Positions 40,963 to 51,522 of a stretch of 64,000 nt of DNA are shown here, one piece after another; positions within the stretch are counted from its first letter, which is position 1; the number at the start of each line of letters is the position of its first letter. The stretch comes from an uncultured Methanolobus sp. (lineage in GTDB: Archaea; Halobacteriota; Methanosarcinia; Methanosarcinales; Methanosarcinaceae). The notes below the pieces were generated by a model, which made no database searches, was not told where the DNA came from, and saw only the letters and a list, made by a program, of their open reading frames with translations. The position numbers were made by a program, and so were the translations under genes. The stretch spans positions 1,536,001-1,600,000 of the forward strand of contig OY776215.1 in assembly GCA_963675495.1 (NCBI GenBank). Reading direction: 5' to 3'.

Positions 40963-41658
40963 ATGGCAATAGATACAGAAGGTCTATTCAATTTTGAAGA
41001 CCTGAGCGGGACCTTCACAGCCACTGACGTTGTTGTGGGTCTTGTTTTAGGTTTCATATTGTTAGCAGCCATCGGATGGCTGTACAAACGCACACACAGA
41101 GGAACATCTTACACCCAGAGTTACGTCCACACTCTCATTATGATGGGACTGGTCGTAGATATTATCATGCTTATAGTTGGTTCAAACATCGCACGAGCAT
41201 TCTCACTTGTCGGTGCACTGTCCATCATACGTTTCAGGAATGCAGTAAAAGAAACCCGTGATGTTGGTTTCATATTCTTTGCAATGGCAATCGGTATGGC
41301 AATGGGTACAAGATTCTACCTGTTGGGAATCATAGCAACCGGAGTGATCGGTGCCCTGATATTCATCATGTATGAATTTGACTGGTTTGCAAGACCGGCC
41401 ATGAGCCAGGTTCTGAAGATCCAGCTCGATAAAGATGTTGATTTTGAGGGAATGTTTGACAAAACATTCGTCAAACACACACAATCAGCAGACCTTATAG
41501 GAATAGATACCGTTCGTTCAGGAACAGTGACAGAACTCGTCTACAGTGTAATTCTCAAGAAAAACGCCAACAAGTATGAGTTCATCCAGAATATCAAAAG
41601 CCTGAATGGAAATCAGAAAGTATTCCTGATAACCGGTTACAACACCACAGACCTCTGA
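40963..41658 (+). CDS. DUF4956-like membrane protein
   Basis: Four hydrophobic helices with GSNIARAFSLVGALSIIRFRNAVKETRD, then a soluble C-terminal domain; abuts the VTC gene. Confidence 0.88.
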   Translation: MAIDTEGLFNFEDLSGTFTATDVVVGLVLGFILLAAIGWLYKRTHRGTSYTQSYVHTLIMMGLVVDIIMLIVGSNIARAFSLVGALSIIRFRNAVKETRDVGFIFFAMAIGMAMGTRFYLLGIIATGVIGALIFIMYEFDWFARPAMSQVLKIQLDKDVDFEGMFDKTFVKHTQSADLIGIDTVRSGTVTELVYSVILKKNANKYEFIQNIKSLNGNQKVFLITGYNTTDL

Positions 41659-41671
41659 AACTGATACAGAG

Positions 41672-43306
41672 ATGAGGAAGATGGACATAAGAATCAGGAG
41701 ATACTACTGGGTCATCATACTCATAGTATTATCCATCTCCTCCACAGTCTATTTTTTCGGGGACACGGTAATGATCCCCTATACAACGGATTCAGGCTAC
41801 GTTCAAAAGATTACCACCATCACAATAGACAATGATGTTGATCTTTTCGATGATAGCACAATCCATGAAATTACGATAGATATGGACTGGGAGGACTACG
41901 GATCGCTGATAGAAACGTATGAACAGACCGAAGAGAAAGAGTACTTCAGAACCGACATCAAAATTGATGGCATCACCATCGAGGACGTTGGAATACGCCT
42001 TAAAGGAAATATGGGACTTCAGACCACTTTCAAAGGCACTTCCCAGATAGATACAATGCAACTTCCATTCCTTGTCAAGTTCGATGAGTACGTTGACGGA
42101 CAGAACTACCAGGGAATTTCCGAGATGTGCATCCGCATAGGAAGCAGTGATGCACTACTTGAGGAGCCACTTGCACTCTATTCACACAGCATCAGCGGTG
42201 CAGTGGTACCGGAATGGTCCTACGCAAGTGTAAAAGTCTCAGACCTTGACCCTGCTTATTATGTCATCTGTGAGAACATCAATGAGAATTATCTCATCAA
42301 ATATTTCGATGACTATGACGGAGTACTCTACAAAGCCGGTAACTTCGTATCCCTTACTTACAAAGGTGATCTTCAGACAGATTACATGGATGACTTCGAC
42401 CAGAAAACCCAGGTCAACGAGGCAGACTACGCATATCTCATCGAGTTCCTGAAATTTGTTAGCGAATCGAGCGATGAACAGTTCGAAGGACAACTTTCAG
42501 ACTGGGTTGATGTTGATGCCCTTACCACCATGATGGCTGTTAACGACCTTGTTGAGAATTCAGACTCATTCTCAGGCATGAACAGCAATTACTACCTGTA
42601 CTATAATCAGGACACTGAGAAATTCCTGATTCTGGCATGGGACATGAATCTTGCATTCGGTGCCATGATGGAACATGGAGACATGCAAAAAGGAGGAGCA
42701 TTTGACAACATGGGAGACAGAGGAAACTTTACTGCTGCGGCTCCTGATGGAATGCAGCAAATGGACATGGAGAACATGACCAATTTCACACCACCTGAAG
42801 GTATCAACATGTCTGATCCTATGATGGAACGGGGTAATATGACCGAATTCACTCCACCAGACAGAGGGGAATTCCCTGCTGACATGGAAGAAATGATGCA
42901 GGAAAATGCAGGCGAAATGGATAATTTTGCTGCTCCTGCAGGGGGATTCGGAAACAGACCCAGACCTGACAGGATGGAGGATATGGGCGATATGCCCGAT
43001 ATGGCTGATGGAAACTTCCCCGGAGGTGTTGAAAGAGGCGAAATGAACAGCCGCAACAACGCTGAGAACACATTGAAAGATAGGTTCTTTGCAAACGAGA
43101 ACTTCAGCGCACTTTATGAGGAACGTTATGAAGAGATTGCAAACGGAATCTACTGCAACGACCTGCTCCTTGAGAAACTGGACCTGATAGCAGAAACATT
43201 TACTGAATACAATTCAGGATATAAGCTTCTGGATCAGGAAAACTATGACTCCGAAATTGAGGATATGAGAAGCTATATTGAAGAGAAACAGGCAGAGAAC
43301 TGCTAG
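41672..43306 (+). CDS. CotH-family atypical kinase with N-terminal membrane anchor or signal
   Basis: GIRLKGN, LVKFDEY, ENINENYL, LYKAG, NSDSFSG..SNYYLY, AWDMNLAFG; N-terminal hydrophobic helix. Confidence 0.88.
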   Translation: MRKMDIRIRRYYWVIILIVLSISSTVYFFGDTVMIPYTTDSGYVQKITTITIDNDVDLFDDSTIHEITIDMDWEDYGSLIETYEQTEEKEYFRTDIKIDGITIEDVGIRLKGNMGLQTTFKGTSQIDTMQLPFLVKFDEYVDGQNYQGISEMCIRIGSSDALLEEPLALYSHSISGAVVPEWSYASVKVSDLDPAYYVICENINENYLIKYFDDYDGVLYKAGNFVSLTYKGDLQTDYMDDFDQKTQVNEADYAYLIEFLKFVSESSDEQFEGQLSDWVDVDALTTMMAVNDLVENSDSFSGMNSNYYLYYNQDTEKFLILAWDMNLAFGAMMEHGDMQKGGAFDNMGDRGNFTAAAPDGMQQMDMENMTNFTPPEGINMSDPMMERGNMTEFTPPDRGEFPADMEEMMQENAGEMDNFAAPAGGFGNRPRPDRMEDMGDMPDMADGNFPGGVERGEMNSRNNAENTLKDRFFANENFSALYEERYEEIANGIYCNDLLLEKLDLIAETFTEYNSGYKLLDQENYDSEIEDMRSYIEEKQAENC

Positions 43307-43618
43307 GATTTATCCCTCTTCTCTTCCTTTTTTATTTCTGACTTTGATAGTTAAACATAGTTTTGCACTTTTGAATTTATTTGGTTTCCTTGTTATTTAA
43401 GATTCGGTAAAAGCAGTCACTATTCTGGACAATGATCCGAATTTTTATTGACTTGCAAAATCAGTAGGTATAAAATCCTTGAATCGTTTAAGTGCCTATC
43501 TAGATAAGATACATAACACTTAGCATTAGACTCTCTCATTCGACAAAATAGCCAGCTTTTAAAGTCATCTCGAACTTCATCATACAAGATATTTCTAGAG
43601 CAAAAAAGAGCGCATTGA

Positions 43619-43663
43619 GGCCTTTGGAGCTGAGGACGCTGGTTTGAATCTTGCCGGGACTAC
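43619..43663 (+). repeat. Decayed copy of the tRNA-Gln 3' half (att-like site)
   Basis: GGCCTTTGGAGCTGAGGACGCTGGTTTGAATCTTGCCGGGACTAC vs tRNA GGCCTTTGGAGCCGAAGACGCTGGTTCGAATCCGGCCGGGACTAC; the tRNA 5' half is absent. Confidence 0.88.
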
Positions 43664-44583
43664 CAATTTCTTTTATTATATTCCTATTTTGAATTCGTTT
43701 TTTCAGGTTTGGCCTACCCACAGAACAATTTGGATAATAGATAGACATGCTACCAAATTAATATAGACCCGAAAGTTCCACCAATATGATTGCACCAATT
43801 TTACATGAACATTACAATTTTCATTCTTTAAAAAAACAGATCATTCAATTTAGAAAAAAGTTGGAGGTGTGAGGATGAATGCACTTGGAAATATTCTCTA
43901 TGCAGAAGAAATGCTCAAACATGTCCCAGGTAATAATCAGATAGACTTGTTAATAGTAAATCATCCTCATAATTACAATTGTTCTGATGGCATATATATT
44001 TTTTGAATATTTGCCATTAAATCAAGTATATTTGTGTTATGTTTGTGGTTCTGATGATTTAAATTGCTTAACTATGGTGCAGGCATATAGTTAAACAACA
44101 GAATCAGAAACACTACTATGCCATGTAGTAATTACAAATATGATTGCCCTCCCATTTTATTCTGATCATGTGCAATACGCTGAAGTTATTCTATCCCCTC
44201 AAAACAATCAGGACAAATCCAAGCACATATTTTCATCAATGTTCAAGCAATACATTATAGTGAGTTGTTTAAGTTTTGCTTTTGAAGATTCTTAATCATG
44301 TTTTAAAATCAACAATTATCAAAACTATCATGAACACATGCGGAGTTGCTTATGGCAATGCAAGAAATGGCTTGTTTTTCCTTGAAGAAATAGAATAGCT
44401 CAAAATAATCAAAGCAGGAAAAGAGTCCATATTCCTATTCAATGGTTTGGATTGAAAATATCAACCACTTCAAACATCGAAACCTATCAATTTCCAATAA
44501 ATTGATAGAACAGAACTAAAAGTCCTCCTGCACAGCAGATATAAAGCAAGACAGTAGAATACTATCATAAGAGGAATAGTACG

Positions 44584-45414
44584 ATGCCAACAAAATGTGC
44601 TTTATCTGAAGAGCTGCCTGTTGATGAATATCTGATAACGGAAGAACCTTACTACGTACCTGTGGGTAATGAAGTCGAGATATTCACAGCCGCTTACAAG
44701 AACATGCTGCCGGTGAACCTGAAAGGGCCTACGGGTTGTGGGAAAACACGGTTCATGGAGTATATGGCTTACAAATTGCAACGTCCTCTGATAACAATTG
44801 CCTGTCATGAAGACCTCACTGCAACAGACCTTGTTGGACGTTTTCTGATAAAGGGAGACAACGTAGAATGGAGTGATGGACCTCTCACAAAAGCTGTGAA
44901 ATGTGGAGCAATATGCTATCTTGATGAGGTGGTGGAAGCCAGGAAGGATACCATAGTAGTTATACATCCGCTCACTGATGACAGACGCATAATACCTATC
45001 GACAAGCTCGGAGTAATAGTCAAAGCGCCGGAAGAGTTCATGCTTTGTGTTTCGTACAACCCCGGTTACCAGAGTATTGTCAAGGACATGAAACAGAGTA
45101 CAAGACAGAGATTCGTTGCAATTGATTTTGATTATCCACCTGCTGAGCTTGAAAAGCAGATCGTTGCGCATGAAAGTAAGGTAAATGAGAAGACCGCAGG
45201 TCTGCTCGTGGAAATTGGTAAGAGTATCAGGAACTTCAAACACCATGGACTCGAGGAGGGAGTGAGCACCCGTCTGTTGATATACGCAGGCAAGCTCATC
45301 CGCGAAGGTATCGAACCTAAAGAAGCCTGCAGGATAGCCATGGCAAAACCCATAACGGACAATCCCGATCTGCAGAGAAGCATTGATGAGATCATCGCTG
45401 CTATTATGGAGTGA
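44584..45414 (+). CDS. CbbQ/NirQ/NorQ-family MoxR AAA+ ATPase
   Basis: [80 protein letters not shown]. Confidence 0.95.
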   Translation: MPTKCALSEELPVDEYLITEEPYYVPVGNEVEIFTAAYKNMLPVNLKGPTGCGKTRFMEYMAYKLQRPLITIACHEDLTATDLVGRFLIKGDNVEWSDGPLTKAVKCGAICYLDEVVEARKDTIVVIHPLTDDRRIIPIDKLGVIVKAPEEFMLCVSYNPGYQSIVKDMKQSTRQRFVAIDFDYPPAELEKQIVAHESKVNEKTAGLLVEIGKSIRNFKHHGLEEGVSTRLLIYAGKLIREGIEPKEACRIAMAKPITDNPDLQRSIDEIIAAIME

Positions 45415-48400
45415 ATGAATACGTGGCAGAAGATATAGATATACAAAAGCATGCCACAACTGGAAAGATCAAAGAACTGATTGCTTCCTATTTTCCAAAA
45501 CTTGAAAGTTCTGAAATTTCCAGATTAGCAGCAGGATTCAAAAACTTAGATGAGGAGGAGCTGGAAGTAGTTCTTCACGCAGGAAAAGGCGCACTCAAGC
45601 GTGGCATGAGAGTACTCATAGCTTACCTTGGAGCTGCACCACATGTTTACAAGTCCCTTGGAAAAAATGAATTTGAGAGCTGGCTCTCCCTTGCAAGAGA
45701 AATCTCAAAACTAAGTGTTTCCTGTTGTGAAGGATTCTTTGACTCATCGCTGGCAATCATAGAAAAAGGTGGCCTTGAACTTCTCAAAAACTGGACCACC
45801 GCAGGGATTTCCCTCTCTAAACAGAACAAATGGGTAGCAATCGCCTACTTTAAACATACCGGACAGGTAATTGTGTCCACACCGCCTGAAATGTTTCGGG
45901 AGCTTGTGGAAAAAGGAAGGAAACTTGGAGATATCAACGTAAAGGTTGCAGAAGCTTACTTTGAGCACCTTGTCCACCTACACTTATTACTCACAACGGA
46001 GAATTTTACTTTATTCTGCCATATCGCAGAGCGTATAATCAAGACCCACTGGCTCACTGCCATAGAACTCATAAACCTGATAGTAAAGGAGTTTCCAAAG
46101 GTCCAGCCACAAAGAAGAAGAGAACTTCTTGCTTCGATGGACCGCATGCTGCAATTTGGTGAAGTCCCTGCAATGACATTGTTGAGGAACGCAGGAACCA
46201 TTATGGAAAAGGCTCATGGGGAAGAATTTGACTCCCTTATGAACATTGCAATTGACATTGCTGATACAGATAATAAAAGTGCTAAATCCTTTTTGAATAC
46301 TATCCCACATTACCTTGGTAAACTGGAACTAAGTGAAGTAGAAGGGTGGAAAGATAAAGCCATATCCTCCTTTTCGAGCAACAAACAAACCCTCAGGGCT
46401 TTCATCGGGTCAAGTCTTGCACTTGGAAAACACCTTAGAGATACAGACAGGGATATAAGATCAATACTAATAAACAGAGGTATCCAGCTTGCAGATATCC
46501 AATCTGAATGCCTCGAAAGTTATTTTGAAAATGCTTCCGGGGCATACAAACTGCTAAGTAAAGAGATGTTTGAGGAATGGACAGGAACAGGAGAAGGAAT
46601 CGCAATACAGAACCCTGATCTTGCCAGCAGTTATTTCAAAACATCAAGCCACGCATTGAGCAAAATACCCCCGCAACAGCATGAAGAAATATTCAGGATC
46701 GGGAATGATCTTCTTGCAAAAGAAGGGGCTCTTGCCAGTGCTTTCTTTGAGAATATTAGCTCTTTTGCTGATAGAACAAAGCCGGAGAATGCAGGTAAGT
46801 GGACAGAGATCGGACTGAAAGTATATGAAAAGGACAGGAAACTGGCATTGGATTACTTTTTCAATTCACCTTCTATACTTGAAAAACTTGACATGAACGA
46901 TCTGGAAGATTGGACTCTAAAGGGACTGGAAGCTGCAAATGAGATAAAACCTGCTGGAAAAGCCTATTTTTCACTCGAATCAAAAAGCTCCAGAGAGCTG
47001 GTAGAAGAACTCACAGGTGCAATCGCCCTTAAGAAAGTGGCGAACGTGTTGAGATACTATGCCCTTGGCCTTTCAGGAACCAACTTCGTAATACGCTCCA
47101 TGGCAACACTGCCACTTCAGGTAGATACACAGGGCATGAACCCTATCATAGCAGGCAATACAATCTACCTTGCCCCAAAAATGGGATTGTATGAGGATAT
47201 TGAAGATAATTTCAAAATATACAAGTTGAGTGTGATGCATGAGGTTGGACACGTACGGTTCAGCTCGGTAGACATCCCTTTTGAAAAAGCTGCTGCAATG
47301 ACAGAGAAGATAAAGAGGGAGTACTCAGTTGAAAATGAGGAAGATTCTTTTTCCCAGGACAGGGAAAATAACGACCACCCCGATATAATTGACATACTCT
47401 CACTTTTTCCGAACCAAACACTAGCTGCAACCATATTGGGAATACTGGAGGATGCACGTGTCGAGTATATGATAATGGACCATTTCAAAGGAGTACGTTC
47501 TGACCTTGAAGATGTGCGTCACAGGATGCTTGTGACAAGACCTGCACCAGAAGATAGACTTGATGAATTCATGGAAGCATTGTTGTGGATTTCCACCGGA
47601 CATGAACCTGCTTTTAAGATCAGTGAACTTACCAGAGGAATCCTGAATAAGATCCGGAAAAAACTTGAAGAGAAAATATTCAGGAAAGATTCAGACACAC
47701 CCTCATCCCTTGAGATTGCTTTAGACATCTATGACCTTCTTGACGAACACTTTGGCCCGCTTGGACAAATGGAATATAAAATGCTGAAGAACATCGGTTA
47801 CAGAGGGATGGATATTGGTGCCACTTGTTCTGCTGACCCGATGATGACTAAATCCTGTGAGAATGTCATTAAGAATTTCATTCCTGAAACTGAGGCAGAC
47901 CTGAGCGCCCAGGAAGAAAGACCGAAAGAGCAGGCTACCAAAAAACCCACGCATGCACTGGATAAGAATTGGAGAGTGCTTGGGAGTTACAAATACGATG
48001 AGTGGGACTCATCGATCAATGACTACAGGTCAGAGTGGAGCACGATAAATGAAATAGAACCTATAGGCGGTTCTACATCTTACTATGGCAAAGCAATTGA
48101 ACGCTACGGGAATGAGATAGCACTCCTTAAACACACTTTCAGTTTGATGAAGCCTGAAGCTTTCCACCGGATGAAGCAGCAGAATGATGGAACCGAAATA
48201 GATATCGATGCTTTTACAGAATCACTTATCGCAAAGAGGTGCGGAATCAACCCAGATGAAGGAATGTATATCAGATGGGATAAGCATGAAAGGGATGTTG
48301 CAACTCTTTTCCTTGTGGATGTCAGTGCTTCAACACGAAAGATACTTGGAACTGATGGCCGAAGCATACTGGATGTTGAAAAAGACGCTCTTATAATCAT

Positions 48401-48887
48401 GAGCCAGGCACTTGAGAGCATAGGGGACAAGTATGCGATCTACGCATTTTCCGGAAAAAGCCGCGAGGATGTTGAGTATTTCGTGATAAAGGAATTTGAT
48501 GAACAGCTTTCAGACAATGTTGCACGCAGGATAGGTCTCCTGCAGCCTGAATCCAATACACGCCTTGGACCTGCGATCCGCCATTCCATAAAGAAACTGG
48601 AACAGGCTGGTGCAAGGACAAAGATGCTGGTGCTGCTCTCGGACGGTGAACCCTATGACAGGTCAAAGGGAGAGGATTCATATCAGGGCGACCTCGCGCA
48701 GGAAGATACAAGAGTTGCCATCAGTGAAGGAAAAAACCAAGGTATGCACTTCTTTTGCATAACTGTGGACAGGAATCCGGGAGACTACCTTGACAATATA
48801 TTTTCCGATGTCGGATACACCATAATAGATGATGCGCTGATGCTACCGGAGACTCTTCCATTGTTGTATAAGAGACTGACAACGTAA
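45411..48887 (+). CDS. CbbO/NorD-family vWA adaptor with extended N-terminal helical repeats (1158 aa)
   Basis: Overlaps the AAA+ gene (GTGA); [47 protein letters not shown]. Confidence 0.9.
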   Translation: MNEYVAEDIDIQKHATTGKIKELIASYFPKLESSEISRLAAGFKNLDEEELEVVLHAGKGALKRGMRVLIAYLGAAPHVYKSLGKNEFESWLSLAREISKLSVSCCEGFFDSSLAIIEKGGLELLKNWTTAGISLSKQNKWVAIAYFKHTGQVIVSTPPEMFRELVEKGRKLGDINVKVAEAYFEHLVHLHLLLTTENFTLFCHIAERIIKTHWLTAIELINLIVKEFPKVQPQRRRELLASMDRMLQFGEVPAMTLLRNAGTIMEKAHGEEFDSLMNIAIDIADTDNKSAKSFLNTIPHYLGKLELSEVEGWKDKAISSFSSNKQTLRAFIGSSLALGKHLRDTDRDIRSILINRGIQLADIQSECLESYFENASGAYKLLSKEMFEEWTGTGEGIAIQNPDLASSYFKTSSHALSKIPPQQHEEIFRIGNDLLAKEGALASAFFENISSFADRTKPENAGKWTEIGLKVYEKDRKLALDYFFNSPSILEKLDMNDLEDWTLKGLEAANEIKPAGKAYFSLESKSSRELVEELTGAIALKKVANVLRYYALGLSGTNFVIRSMATLPLQVDTQGMNPIIAGNTIYLAPKMGLYEDIEDNFKIYKLSVMHEVGHVRFSSVDIPFEKAAAMTEKIKREYSVENEEDSFSQDRENNDHPDIIDILSLFPNQTLAATILGILEDARVEYMIMDHFKGVRSDLEDVRHRMLVTRPAPEDRLDEFMEALLWISTGHEPAFKISELTRGILNKIRKKLEEKIFRKDSDTPSSLEIALDIYDLLDEHFGPLGQMEYKMLKNIGYRGMDIGATCSADPMMTKSCENVIKNFIPETEADLSAQEERPKEQATKKPTHALDKNWRVLGSYKYDEWDSSINDYRSEWSTINEIEPIGGSTSYYGKAIERYGNEIALLKHTFSLMKPEAFHRMKQQNDGTEIDIDAFTESLIAKRCGINPDEGMYIRWDKHERDVATLFLVDVSASTRKILGTDGRSILDVEKDALIIMSQALESIGDKYAIYAFSGKSREDVEYFVIKEFDEQLSDNVARRIGLLQPESNTRLGPAIRHSIKKLEQAGARTKMLVLLSDGEPYDRSKGEDSYQGDLAQEDTRVAISEGKNQGMHFFCITVDRNPGDYLDNIFSDVGYTIIDDALMLPETLPLLYKRLTT

Positions 48888-48940
48888 TAATTTATCAAAG
48901 GACAACTTATTTGGTAGTAAAAAAGAAAGGAAGAGTGAAA

Positions 48941-49981
48941 TCAGAAGACAAGTGTCCAGCCAGATCGTACTTTCCTGCCGGCATACTTGACCTCATCCAT
49001 CAATTCACCCTTATTATTATACAGGCTGATATGTCCCCCACTATTGGCGAGAATGACACCTTTTCCAGAGAGAAGTATACGCGTACCTGAGCCTGCACTG
49101 ATGTCACCTTTTAGCAAGGATTTTCTTCCCGGGCCATCCTTAATGAACCAGCCATCAAGATCAATATCATCAGGAGAGGCATTGAACAAAGTTATGACCT
49201 CTTTGCCCACATCAATACCTTTGGGATCGACAAGTGCTGCAATAATCTTGACAGAGCCTGCAGAAACTGTGTTTTCAGGTTCTGTTCTGGATTCTTCACA
49301 TGGTTCAGAAGAAGTGATCTTTTTCCCATCTGGCAAACAGTGACCAGTTGTCTCATCGGTATTGAAACACTGGGACTGGAATGCAAGGAAAATTGCTACC
49401 CACCTGTCTTCTTCCGTCAAATGTATGAGCAGACCTCCATCCTGATTAGGCGCATCATCGCCTGTCCACTTAGGAGAATTTCCCTGATTCATGTGGATAT
49501 CATGGATACCACTGCCGGGTCTGAAACCAAAGAAACTATCAGAAAGAAATGATTCTGGTCCCCATCTTTCACCGAAGGCATATATCATGCTGCCGTTCAT
49601 GCTGATGGCTTGCTTCACGTATTTCTGTATGAGGTCATTGAGATCATTGGAAGGACCGGGAATGTCACATTTCAGAGGCAACATCTTTGAAGTATCAAAG
49701 AGCCCGCCGCGAACGTAATCCAGACGTATGGCCCTTGAGGTATTATCAAGTCTTTTATACCCCATTCCAAGATTCTCAAGTTTTTCAGTTATTGGATGAG
49801 TGAAATTGTCATCTACAAAATACAGTAGCTCAGAAGGAGCAACTTTAGAACTGACATTGACAGCAATGCGATGCTCATGTTTACCATCATGCACTAGTAC
49901 CTGATAATGAGATTGTTTACCTTTTCCACATTTGCAGTCCTTTGGCTTTCCTTTTAAAACCCCGTAGTTTTCAAGAGACAT
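48941..49981 (-). CDS. YukJ/DUF2278-like protein with C-terminal lamin-tail-like domain
   Basis: YGVLKG, LDYVRG, YAFGE.W, GIHDIHMNQG, QDGGLL, AIFLAFQSQ; C-terminal IIAALVDP...IDLDGW...LANSGG.I.L. Confidence 0.82.
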   Translation of the reverse strand: MSLENYGVLKGKPKDCKCGKGKQSHYQVLVHDGKHEHRIAVNVSSKVAPSELLYFVDDNFTHPITEKLENLGMGYKRLDNTSRAIRLDYVRGGLFDTSKMLPLKCDIPGPSNDLNDLIQKYVKQAISMNGSMIYAFGERWGPESFLSDSFFGFRPGSGIHDIHMNQGNSPKWTGDDAPNQDGGLLIHLTEEDRWVAIFLAFQSQCFNTDETTGHCLPDGKKITSSEPCEESRTEPENTVSAGSVKIIAALVDPKGIDVGKEVITLFNASPDDIDLDGWFIKDGPGRKSLLKGDISAGSGTRILLSGKGVILANSGGHISLYNNKGELMDEVKYAGRKVRSGWTLVF

Positions 49982-50266
49982 GATGAAACTTACTCGGCAC
50001 CAGAATTAAAAGTTTTCTATTATGAACGGGAAATTGCAGGTGAAACGGATAATGACATACTTTGTCGTCACTTTTTGGTGACACCACATGCACTATCCAC
50101 TGATAGGGCAGAAGTTGTTGGCGGCTAATGAAGTGCTGCTGAATAAGTTGCGATATATACCGGATGAGAAACAGGAGAAAATTGAAAATACAGATTCTGC
50201 GCATAAATAAAAATTGAGGGAAAATTTGTTTTTCAGTTCCCCCCTTACCGAATAAATCATTAAATG

Positions 50267-50872
50267 TTATTTGTATATAATGTCCTCTTCTTCGAGGAAT
50301 CCATAATTTGTGAAGGTATCAGTTACTGTGATATTAACTTTTGCGTACGGTTGGCTTTCTTCATTTTCTTTGATAATGTTCTCTATGTTCTCCCATTTCT
50401 CTCCCGGCTCAAGGACAATTTCTTCATTATTATATGAAATCTGTACGGATCCTTCTTCGGAAACTGAAACAATCCCATAGTTGTATCCTTCGTAAGGCAG
50501 AGAATAAACCCCATAAGCCGCACTGGCGGCACCTGTTCCGGTAACACCTGAAAGTGAATCACCGTCTCCTGTTATCATTACAAGGGAGCTGTTTACATCA
50601 ATAGATTCCCCGATTTTTATTATACGAAGATTGTGATTTTCTTCATCAAAGTAATAAGTTGGAAAATCAATCGCGAGCATTGGCCATGAATCTCCTTCTA
50701 TGAATTCTCCATGTTCATTGATATGGTGATCAAGAAATAGAATTTTTTTGGATTCTGTAGCATCGTTCTCAGGATTTTCATCATCAGATATGCAGCCTGC
50801 AGCAAAGGTCAAGGAGACCATTAAAAAACAGATCAATAATAAGTTGACCATATGAAATCTTTTGTTTGGCAT
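50267..50872 (-). CDS. Hypothetical acidic lipoprotein
   Basis: Signal peptide ending FAAGC; acidic, beta-rich mature part. Confidence 0.75.
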   Translation of the reverse strand: MPNKRFHMVNLLLICFLMVSLTFAAGCISDDENPENDATESKKILFLDHHINEHGEFIEGDSWPMLAIDFPTYYFDEENHNLRIIKIGESIDVNSSLVMITGDGDSLSGVTGTGAASAAYGVYSLPYEGYNYGIVSVSEEGSVQISYNNEEIVLEPGEKWENIENIIKENEESQPYAKVNITVTDTFTNYGFLEEEDIIYK

Positions 50873-51147
50873 TTTATTTCACCTTAAAGGCTGAAACACA
50901 TTAAAAAGATATAACCTTACCTTTAACTACAAATTAATTTGAAGCTTTCTGATATTGATTTTATATCAAGTATCTGACAGCATCAGGCAGAATATTTCCA
51001 AGAGAATTTTTCATTTGGTGTAGACTTCTTTTATTATGGGGGTTTCTCCATCTTCGTAAGTTTCAACGAAATATTCATCATCAGCCATATTATCAAAAAC
51101 CGCAAAGAAACCATTAAATCATTTCCTGCCAAATCTTCATTGATAAT

Positions 51148-51507
51148 ATGGCAGAAGAAACAAAAAATGCAAAAGATGTGAAAGGATTCCAGCCAAGAGC
51201 CGTTGTCTATGCAAAGAAACTGGACGAGGATTTCTCAGAAGCTGTGGCAGGATTCTACAGTTCAGTATGGGACGAAAGGGAAGGAGGTCTTTCCAAGAAA
51301 AATAAGCATTTGATGGTATTCGCCATTGCCTGTTCCAACCAGAAAACAAGTAGTGCCGTAAAGATACTTCAGAGATTGAAAAAATACGGTGCAACTGCCC
51401 AGGAGATCAAGGACGTCATGATGTTGGTCGCATGGACCGGTGGAATACAAAACTTCACTAATTTCACACCTAAGATACTGGAAGAGATGGAAAGGCTGGA
51501 GTTCTGA
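51148..51507 (+). CDS. Carboxymuconolactone decarboxylase / AhpD-like protein (no CxxC)
   Basis: GLSKKNKHLMVFAIA...LKKYGATAQEIKDVMMLVAWTGG matches the CMD pattern. Confidence 0.8.
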   Translation: MAEETKNAKDVKGFQPRAVVYAKKLDEDFSEAVAGFYSSVWDEREGGLSKKNKHLMVFAIACSNQKTSSAVKILQRLKKYGATAQEIKDVMMLVAWTGGIQNFTNFTPKILEEMERLEF

Positions 51508-51522
51508 ACTCCACCTCACGCA

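Larger units (their letters stand above)
39659..43663. mobile_element. Putative relic genomic islet integrated at tRNA-Gln (no integrase)
   Basis: 45-bp direct repeat of the tRNA 3' half at 39659-39703 and 43619-43663 (40/45 identical) encloses a three-gene operon. Confidence 0.7.

Noticed and set aside
43304-43360. Pyrrolysine read-through of TAG stops (CotH gene, pilin D genes, 36488, fen, marker 7)
   Set aside because: Proteins look complete at the TAG. Where followed (CotH, 36488, pilin D), read-through enters a T-rich tract or is out of frame with the next gene.
43590-43663. A second functional tRNA-Gln gene
   Set aside because: No 5' acceptor strand or D-arm, and the T-arm is mutated (GTTTGAATCTT); treated as an att-like relic.
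44602-45459. 285-aa antisense ORF over the CbbQ-like gene
   Set aside because: Lies almost entirely opposite a well-conserved gene, has no motif and unusual composition; a shadow ORF.
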